The notes under the pieces: model-generated
The model's database searches: none
The model's input: only the letters and a program-made list of their open reading frames with translations
What the model was told of the DNA's origin: nothing
DNA from: Planctomycetota bacterium
GTDB taxonomy: Bacteria > Planctomycetota > Planctomycetia > Gemmatales > Gemmataceae
Direction: 5' to 3'
Length of the DNA: 64,000 nucleotides
Assembly (NCBI GenBank): GCA_016872595.1
Contig: VGZJ01000001.1
Coordinates: forward strand, 5,117-69,116
Shown: positions 57,937-64,000 of the stretch, one piece after another
Layout of the letters: each line of letters opens with the position of its first letter
Position numbering within the stretch: position 1 is the first letter of the stretch
Program-made: the position numbers and the translations under genes

Positions 57937-58428
57937 GAGGTAGAAGTGTAGTCTGCGGGGCGTACGAAAAAAACGCCGCCGCGATTGAACCGCACCTTCA
58001 TCCTGTAATAGTAAAAAACGAGGGAGCACAGTAAACGGATGTGCGCGTCGGCGTTATGTTTCGGCCGCCGGAAGCCAACACAGGAAGTGTTGTGCAACAT
58101 CCTCAACACGTGCCACATCGGAGCGCGTGACCGACGGGTCGTTTTCTCGAGTCTGGTACGCAGTTCTTTGCTCGTTATCAGAGCAGGCTTGCAGTCGAGG
58201 TGCGCGCAGGGTGCTCTTTCAAGCCCGCGGCACGCGGAAACGCCTAACCACATCACGAACAAGTCATAACAGGCTCTGGGGAAGCCGAACGGCCGCGGTT
58301 CGGGGTACTCGGCACACGGAATCGAGCCGCAGTGTGGCGAAAAGCGCGAAAAATCACGCGCGGGGTACGTCCTATTTTCCGCACGGCGCGCCCCGGCGCG
58401 CCCTCTCCCCGCGTTGGAGCCAGTGCCC

Positions 58429-59268
58429 ATGCCGTACAGCGCCGAAATCAACCGCGCACAGCCCACGAGCTTCGTGTTCCTCGTCGATCAATCGGGGTCG
58501 ATGGGCGACCCCATCGGCGGAACCGGGCGGCGCAAGTCCGAGGCCGTCGCCGACGCCATCAACCGATTGCTCCACGCCCTCGTGCGGCGCTCGACGAAGG
58601 GCGACGGCGTGCGCGACTACTTCCACATCGGGGTAATCGGGTACGGGGCGAAGGTGGGGCCGGCACTCGGCGGCAAGCTGACGCCGGAACAGCTGGTGCC
58701 GATCAGCGCTGTGGCGGACAACGTGTTGCGGGTCGAGGAGCGAACGAAAAAGGTGGACGACGGCATGGGCGGCGTCGCGTCCATGACGGCCAAGATGCAG
58801 GTGTGGTTCGAGCCGGTGGCGGACGGCTCGACGCCGATGTGTGCCGCGCTCGAACAGGCCCGGCAGCGGGTCGCGGCGTTCGCGGCCCGCTACCCGCACG
58901 CCCACCCGCCCATCGTTCTCAACATCACCGACGGCGAGGCCGACGACCCGGAAGCGGCGGTCGAAGCCGCGGCCGGTGCGGTCCGCGCGGTCGCCACCAC
59001 CGACGGCAACGTGTTGCTGTTCAACCTGCACGTGTCGTGCTCGAACTGGAACCCGGTATCGTACCCGGACTCCGACGCGGCCCTGCCCGACAAGTACGCG
59101 CGGCTGCTGTACCGCACGTCGAGCGTGCTGACCCCGCGGGCCGTGACCCTCGCGGGCGCGAAGGGCTATCGCGTGAGCGCGGCGTCGCGCGGGTTCGTGT
59201 TCAACGGCGACGCCGTGACCGTGAGCGAGTTCCTCGACATCGGCACGCAGGTCCCGCCCCCCCGGTAG
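58429..59268 (+). CDS. vWA-domain protein (TerY-like)
   Basis: MIDAS motif VFLVDQSGSM, and ITDGEADD later. GGAG lies 9 nt upstream of ATG 58429. Confidence 0.85.
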   Translation: MPYSAEINRAQPTSFVFLVDQSGSMGDPIGGTGRRKSEAVADAINRLLHALVRRSTKGDGVRDYFHIGVIGYGAKVGPALGGKLTPEQLVPISAVADNVLRVEERTKKVDDGMGGVASMTAKMQVWFEPVADGSTPMCAALEQARQRVAAFAARYPHAHPPIVLNITDGEADDPEAAVEAAAGAVRAVATTDGNVLLFNLHVSCSNWNPVSYPDSDAALPDKYARLLYRTSSVLTPRAVTLAGAKGYRVSAASRGFVFNGDAVTVSEFLDIGTQVPPPR

Positions 59269-59279
59269 CGCGCACCCCC

Positions 59280-59987
59280 ATGCCGACCCGCTCTGCCACG
59301 TTCTGGGTTCCGAAGCGCGGCCACGCGCCGGAGGAGTACGAGGACGCCGCCGCCGCGGTCGACGGCGCGGGCCGGTACGCCGTCGCGGACGGGGCCGCGG
59401 AGAGCGCGTTCGCGCGGCCGTGGGCCGAGGCGCTGGTTCGCGCGTTCGTGGCCCTGCCGCCGGCGCGCACCGCGTGGGGCGAGTGGCTCCCGGGGGCACA
59501 GACCGCGTGGGCGGACGCCGTCGGCACCGGGCCGCGCCCGTGGTACGTCGAAGAAAAGGTCGAGGAGGGCGCGTTCGCCACGTTCGCCGGCCTCGTGATC
59601 GACGACGACGGGTGGCGGGCGTTCGCGGTGGGCGACGCTTGCGTGTTCCAGTTCCGCGCCGGGGCGCTGGCGTCCGCGTTCCCGGTGGAGCACGCGGCCG
59701 ACTTCGGCACCGTGCCCAAGTTGCTCAACTCGCGCGCCGCGCCCGCGCGGGCCGAGGCCGACGCCGACGCCACCCCCGGCGACCGACTCCCCGGCGACTG
59801 CTTCCTGCTCGCCACCGACGCCCTCGCCCAGTGGGTGCTGCGCCGGCACGAGGCCGGGGCCGGGCCGTGGGTCGAGCTCGAACCGGCCCTGACCGGGGAC
59901 GGGCCGTTCGCGGAGTGGGTGAGCGCCCGCCGCGCCGCGGGCGCGATGAAGAACGACGACGTGACGCTGATCGTGGTTCACACCTGA
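59280..59987 (+). CDS. PP2C-family Ser/Thr phosphatase
   Basis: ..EDAAAAV..YAVADGAAES.., GDACVFQ, ATDAL, DDVTLIVV metal-binding motifs. It starts 11 nt after the vWA gene. Confidence 0.8.
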   Translation: MPTRSATFWVPKRGHAPEEYEDAAAAVDGAGRYAVADGAAESAFARPWAEALVRAFVALPPARTAWGEWLPGAQTAWADAVGTGPRPWYVEEKVEEGAFATFAGLVIDDDGWRAFAVGDACVFQFRAGALASAFPVEHAADFGTVPKLLNSRAAPARAEADADATPGDRLPGDCFLLATDALAQWVLRRHEAGAGPWVELEPALTGDGPFAEWVSARRAAGAMKNDDVTLIVVHT

Positions 59988-60007
59988 CGCGCGCCGGAGG
60001 CCCCGCG

Positions 60008-62545
60008 ATGCCGCTCCCGACCGGGTCGGACTACTTCGAGGCGATCCAGAACCCGCAGTTCTGCTTCGAGCGCCCGGCGCTGCGCGGCGGCCGGGTCGTG
60101 TGCGACGGGGCCGGCGTACCGAAGCCGATCACGGGAAACTTCGCCGAGGTGTACGAGTTCATTGGTGCCGGCGGCAAGCGCTGGGCGGTGAAGTGCTTCA
60201 CCCGCGAGATCGCCCAACTCCACCACCGCTACTCCACGACCGACGCGGCGCTGAAGGCGGCGCGCGCCGAACACGACCTGTCGTTCCTCGCCGGGTTCGA
60301 GTACGTGCCGCACGGCATCCGCGTAAACGGCGCGTGGCACCCCGTGGTACTGATGGACTGGGTGCAGGGGCAACTGCTCAACGACTTCGTGCGCGGCCAG
60401 TTGCACGCCCCGCACCGGTTGAAGGGGCTGGCGGAGATTTGGGTGCGGCTGGCCCAGAACCTGCGCGACGCCGGGATCGCCCACGGCGACCTGCAACACG
60501 GCAACGTGATGCTCGTGACGACCCCGCGCACCGCGCGCGTGGTGCTGGTGGACTACGACGGCATGTACGTGCCCGCCCTCGCCGGCACGCCCGCGAGCGA
60601 GTGCGGGCACCCGAGCTACCAGCACCCGGAGCGCGCCGGCGACCCGTTCCACGCCGAGGCGGATCGGTTCCCGCTGCTGGTGGTGTGCGCCGCGATCCGC
60701 GCGCTCGCGGCCGGCGGGCAAGCCCTGTGGGACCGGCACGACAACGGCGACAACTTGCTGTTCCGCGAAGCCGACCTGAAGAACCCGGGCGGGTCCCCAC
60801 TGCTGCGCGAACTGTGGGCGCTGCCCGACCCCGCGGCGCGCGCGCTGGCCGGGTGGGTGGTACTCGCGAGCCGGATGCCGCAGCGCGAAGTCCCGCACCT
60901 CGCGGACGTCTGGGCCGGCGGCGCGCCGCGCCTGACCGCCGAACAGCGGAAGCAGGTGGACCGCGTCCTCGGTGGGCGCGCCCCAGCGCTCGAACCGAAG
61001 CCGCCACCCGCTGCGACACCGGCACCGTCGCCCCGCACGATCCCCGTTCCCGCGGCGCGGCTCGCGCCGACGCCCGCGCCACGGATGCCCCCGAAGAAGG
61101 GACTGAAAAGGAAGAAGGGCAAACCTGCGTCGCCGCTCGCGGCCGTGGTCGCCCTCAGCGGCGGGTTGCTGTGTGCCTTCGCGGTTGGCCTGATCCTGTC
61201 ACGGAATCTTGCCGCGCCGAAGCCCGCGGTCGAAACGGCGACCGCGCCGGAGCCACCGATAAACGCCCCGCCGACGGTACCCGTGCCGCAACCGCTCCCG
61301 AAAGTGCCGCCGAACAAGCCGCCGCCGAAGCCGCCCGCGCCGGAACCGCCCAAGAAGCCGAGCGCCGAGCTGCGCCTCGCCGCCGGCCCCGTGACCCTCA
61401 AGCCGGGTCAGCGGGTGAGCGTCGACGTGAACCTGACGCGCGACGGCACCTTCGGCCCCGTGGTGCTCACGCCCACAGCGGTGACAAAGGGGCTAACTGT
61501 CACGCAGGGCGTGCCCGCGTTCGGCGACACCGTGCGGGTCGAACTCGCCGCCGCCACGGACCTCGCGCCGGGAACCGTGACGGTGCGGTTCCGCTCGGAG
61601 TTGGGCGGGGTCGCGACGGGCGCGCCGTTCGAGCTGACGGTGAAGGTCGTGCCGCTCTCCGCCCCGGCCGGCACCGGCGACGTGCTCGCCACCCTCGACG
61701 GGACCGTGTACCGCACCGCGATCAGCGCGGACGGGACCCGCGCCGTGGCCGGCGGCGTGGGCGGCCAGTTGCAGCGCGTGGACCTCAAGACCGGGGCCGA
61801 ACTGCCGCCGCTCAAGGGCACCATCGGGTTGATCCAGCACATGAGCGCTTCGGCCGACGGCACGCGCGCCGTGGTCGCGTTCGGGCAGGTGATCGAGGTC
61901 TGGGACCTGAGCGCCGGGAAGGTGCTTCACAAGCTGACATTCGGCGCGCGCCACGTCACGGCGCTCGCGCTCTCCGCGAACGGCAAACGGGCCGCTGTGG
62001 GCGGATTGGAGGGCGACATTCAGGTTTGGGAAGCGGACTCCGGCAAGGAACTCGCGCGCCTGACCGGGCACACGAAGATGATCGGCGGGCTGGCGCTCTC
62101 CGCGGACGGCACGCGCGCCCTCTCCTGCGCGCACGACAAGACCGCGCGCGTTTGGGACGTACTCACCGCGACCGAGTTGCGGCAGCTCCCCGCGACGCAG
62201 TTCATGCAGACCGTGGCCGCGCTCTCCGCGGACGGCAAACGCGCCGTCACCGCCGGGTACACGAAACTGCACGTGTGGGACGTATCCAACGGGAAGGAAC
62301 TGCACCGCCTCGAACCCAACACCGGGTACATCCAAGGCGTGGCCCTCACTCCGGACGGAAAGCGCGCGGCGTCCGTCGGACTCGCTAAAATGGTCATCGT
62401 GTGGAACCTCGACACGGGCAAGGAGCTGCGCCGGTTCGACGGCCACACGGACTACCTCAAGTCCGTCGGCATCACCGCGGACGGCACGCGCGCGGTGTCC
62501 GGCGGGAACGACAAGACCGTGCGCCTGTGGCGACTCAACGACTGA
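60008..62545 (+). CDS. membrane-spanning protein kinase with an extracytoplasmic beta-sandwich and a 7-bladed WD40 propeller
   Basis: N-terminal kinase (YFEAIQNP.., WAVKCF, HGDLQHGNVM, VDYDG), a Pro-rich linker, TM helix LAAVVALSGGLLCAFAVGLIL, then 7 repeats carrying S(A/P)DG(T/K)RA. Confidence 0.88.
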   Translation: MPLPTGSDYFEAIQNPQFCFERPALRGGRVVCDGAGVPKPITGNFAEVYEFIGAGGKRWAVKCFTREIAQLHHRYSTTDAALKAARAEHDLSFLAGFEYVPHGIRVNGAWHPVVLMDWVQGQLLNDFVRGQLHAPHRLKGLAEIWVRLAQNLRDAGIAHGDLQHGNVMLVTTPRTARVVLVDYDGMYVPALAGTPASECGHPSYQHPERAGDPFHAEADRFPLLVVCAAIRALAAGGQALWDRHDNGDNLLFREADLKNPGGSPLLRELWALPDPAARALAGWVVLASRMPQREVPHLADVWAGGAPRLTAEQRKQVDRVLGGRAPALEPKPPPAATPAPSPRTIPVPAARLAPTPAPRMPPKKGLKRKKGKPASPLAAVVALSGGLLCAFAVGLILSRNLAAPKPAVETATAPEPPINAPPTVPVPQPLPKVPPNKPPPKPPAPEPPKKPSAELRLAAGPVTLKPGQRVSVDVNLTRDGTFGPVVLTPTAVTKGLTVTQGVPAFGDTVRVELAAATDLAPGTVTVRFRSELGGVATGAPFELTVKVVPLSAPAGTGDVLATLDGTVYRTAISADGTRAVAGGVGGQLQRVDLKTGAELPPLKGTIGLIQHMSASADGTRAVVAFGQVIEVWDLSAGKVLHKLTFGARHVTALALSANGKRAAVGGLEGDIQVWEADSGKELARLTGHTKMIGGLALSADGTRALSCAHDKTARVWDVLTATELRQLPATQFMQTVAALSADGKRAVTAGYTKLHVWDVSNGKELHRLEPNTGYIQGVALTPDGKRAASVGLAKMVIVWNLDTGKELRRFDGHTDYLKSVGITADGTRAVSGGNDKTVRLWRLND

Positions 62546-62588
62546 CCGCGGGGGCGACCGCGACGAACACCACTCCACTCCATCCAAC

Positions 62589-63047
62589 ATGACACGACCT
62601 CGTATGACGAGCGAAAAAGACTTCCAAGGCGTGCTCGACAAGAACCCCGGTGACTGGCAGACGCGCCTCGTGTTCGCCGACTGGCTCGACGAGCGCGGCG
62701 ACGAGCGCGCCGCGGGCTACCGCGCGCTGGGCGTGCAGCGCGTGTACCCGCGCGGCGGGAACAGCCACTGCTGGAGCCGCGCCAAAGAAACGAACTGGTG
62801 CCTGTACCGCGGGCACGAGGCGCTCGTCGACGACTGGTTCGACCTGACCACCCACAAGGGCGAGCCGGTCCACGCGATCTTCCGGAGCCGGCGCAAGGCC
62901 GAAGACGCCGCGGCCCGGTCGTTCCTCAAGCTCCCCGCCGAGCGGCGGGCGTACCTGCTGAGCGAGTTCGTCCCGCACCCGCCGGTGCCGGTCAAGCCCG
63001 CCGCTCCGCCCACGGCCGTACCGGAAACGAAACCCGCTGCCGAGTAG
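62589..63047 (+). CDS. TIGR02996-domain protein
   Basis: DKNPGDWQTRLVFADWLDERGDERAAGYRALG is the signature of the Gemmata-expanded TIGR02996 N-terminal domain. Confidence 0.8.
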   Translation: MTRPRMTSEKDFQGVLDKNPGDWQTRLVFADWLDERGDERAAGYRALGVQRVYPRGGNSHCWSRAKETNWCLYRGHEALVDDWFDLTTHKGEPVHAIFRSRRKAEDAAARSFLKLPAERRAYLLSEFVPHPPVPVKPAAPPTAVPETKPAAE

Positions 63048-63050
63048 ACG

Positions 63051-64000
63051 ATGCGCGTCTTCGTGTACGAGCACATGACCGCGACCGCGACCGGGCGCGC
63101 GCCGGGGTCGCCCGAACACGGCATGTACCGCGAAGGGCGCGCGATGCGCGACGCGCACGCGGCCGACCTGCGCGCGGCCGGCGCGGACGTAACGACGTAC
63201 CCCGACGACGCCCCGCCGTGCGACGACCACCGCTTCCTGCTCGAAGTGGCGCGCTCCGACCGCCAACTCATCATCGCCCCGGAACTGCACGGCACACTTC
63301 ACGCGCTGACCGTCCTTGCGCGAACGAAAGGGAACCCACTCGGCCCGTCGCCGGATGCGGTCGCGCTCACGTCCGACAAACTCGCACTGGCAGAACACTG
63401 GCGCGCCTGCGGCGTGCCGACGCCCGCGACCACCGACCGCGAACCAACCGCGTGCGACGCCGCCGGAGGCGTCATCGTAAAGCCCCGGTTCGGGGCCGGT
63501 TCGACCGCGACCTATTACCTCGACTGCCGACAGGATTTCTACCGCGTCCGCGCGCTGCTGGACGCGGCGAACGACGACGTTGGGCCGATGATCCTACAAG
63601 ACTTCGTGCCGGGGCGCGCCGCGAGCGTGGCGTTCCTGTGCGGCCCGCGCGGGCACCTCGCACTGCCGCCGGCGTTCCAGTCGCTCAGCGCCGACGGGCG
63701 GTTCAAATACGAGGGCGGCGAAGTGCCGATCCCGCCGGCGCTCGCGGCCCGCGCGACCGCGCTCGCGACACGCGCGGTCGCGTGCGTGCCGGGGTTGCTC
63801 GGTTATGTGGGCGTCGATCTGGTGTTGGGCGAAACCGCGGACGGCACGGGCGACCGGGCCATCGAGATCAACCCGCGCCTCACAACCTCGTACCTCGGCC
63901 TGCGCGCGCTCACGACGTGCAACCTCGCGGAGCTGATGCTCCGCATCGCCACCGGCGACGAGTGCGCCGCACCCCAGTGGAAGCCCGGCCGCGTGTACTT
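63051..64000 (+). CDS. ATP-grasp-fold protein (COG1821/MfnD-like), partial at the window end
   Basis: ATG 63051 lies 3 nt after the upstream stop. The frame is open to the end of the window with strong coding bias. VIVKPRFGAGS.., VGVDLVLGE..AIEINPRLTTSY are ATP-grasp motifs. Confidence 0.7.
   Translation, partial: MRVFVYEHMTATATGRAPGSPEHGMYREGRAMRDAHAADLRAAGADVTTYPDDAPPCDDHRFLLEVARSDRQLIIAPELHGTLHALTVLARTKGNPLGPSPDAVALTSDKLALAEHWRACGVPTPATTDREPTACDAAGGVIVKPRFGAGSTATYYLDCRQDFYRVRALLDAANDDVGPMILQDFVPGRAASVAFLCGPRGHLALPPAFQSLSADGRFKYEGGEVPIPPALAARATALATRAVACVPGLLGYVGVDLVLGETADGTGDRAIEINPRLTTSYLGLRALTTCNLAELMLRIATGDECAAPQWKPGRVY

Noticed and set aside
58039-58269. 76-aa ORF in the nhaA/vWA intergenic region
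   Set aside because: There is no coding bias (mixed third positions), the composition is Cys/Arg/Ser-rich, and no RBS is present. The region is more likely a promoter/leader.

Overview
High-GC bacterial chromosome segment, roughly two-thirds G+C by eye (not computed). The gene content points to Planctomycetota, probably Gemmataceae-like: a TIGR02996-type N-terminal domain protein, a DUF1501 protein, a PVC-type CxxCH heme-binding protein, several eukaryote-like Ser/Thr kinases and WD40 proteins. Most of the window is housekeeping: hemL, nadB, cimA, valS, truB, gltB, a sulfate-binding protein, scpB, a lone nuoH, nhaA, DksA-like, HtrA-like and DHH phosphoesterase genes, tRNA-Glu(CUC) and tRNA-Leu(UAA). 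Two accessory regions stand out. (1) An ~11.8 kb integrative element sits at the 3' end of tRNA-Glu (about 23.49-35.28 kb). It carries an integrase, an excisionase-type HTH, a Toprim primase/P-loop replication protein, several unrecognisable genes, and a GIY-YIG/T5orf172-SF2 helicase coupled to a remnant of a methyltransferase-like gene. Its far end abuts a truncated FGE/SUMF1-domain gene. (2) A tightly packed vWA - PP2C - kinase triad (TerY-P-like, 58.4-62.5 kb) has a kinase that is a membrane-spanning receptor with a 7-bladed WD40 propeller. Non-genic signals I consider most interesting: a Val/Ile/Thr-rich leader peptide with mutually exclusive antiterminator/terminator helices in front of citramalate synthase; an in-frame TGA splitting a HemJ/CopD-like membrane protein next to hemL; an inverted array of 9-bp repeats at the 3' end of the element's replication gene; a REP-like palindromic repeat family; and two lineage-specific insertions in valS. 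Most other ORFs in the supplied track are Arg/Pro/Ala-rich antisense or out-of-frame shadows typical of high-GC DNA and were not called. All coordinates of hairpins and repeats were counted by hand. All family assignments are from motif recognition, not searches.
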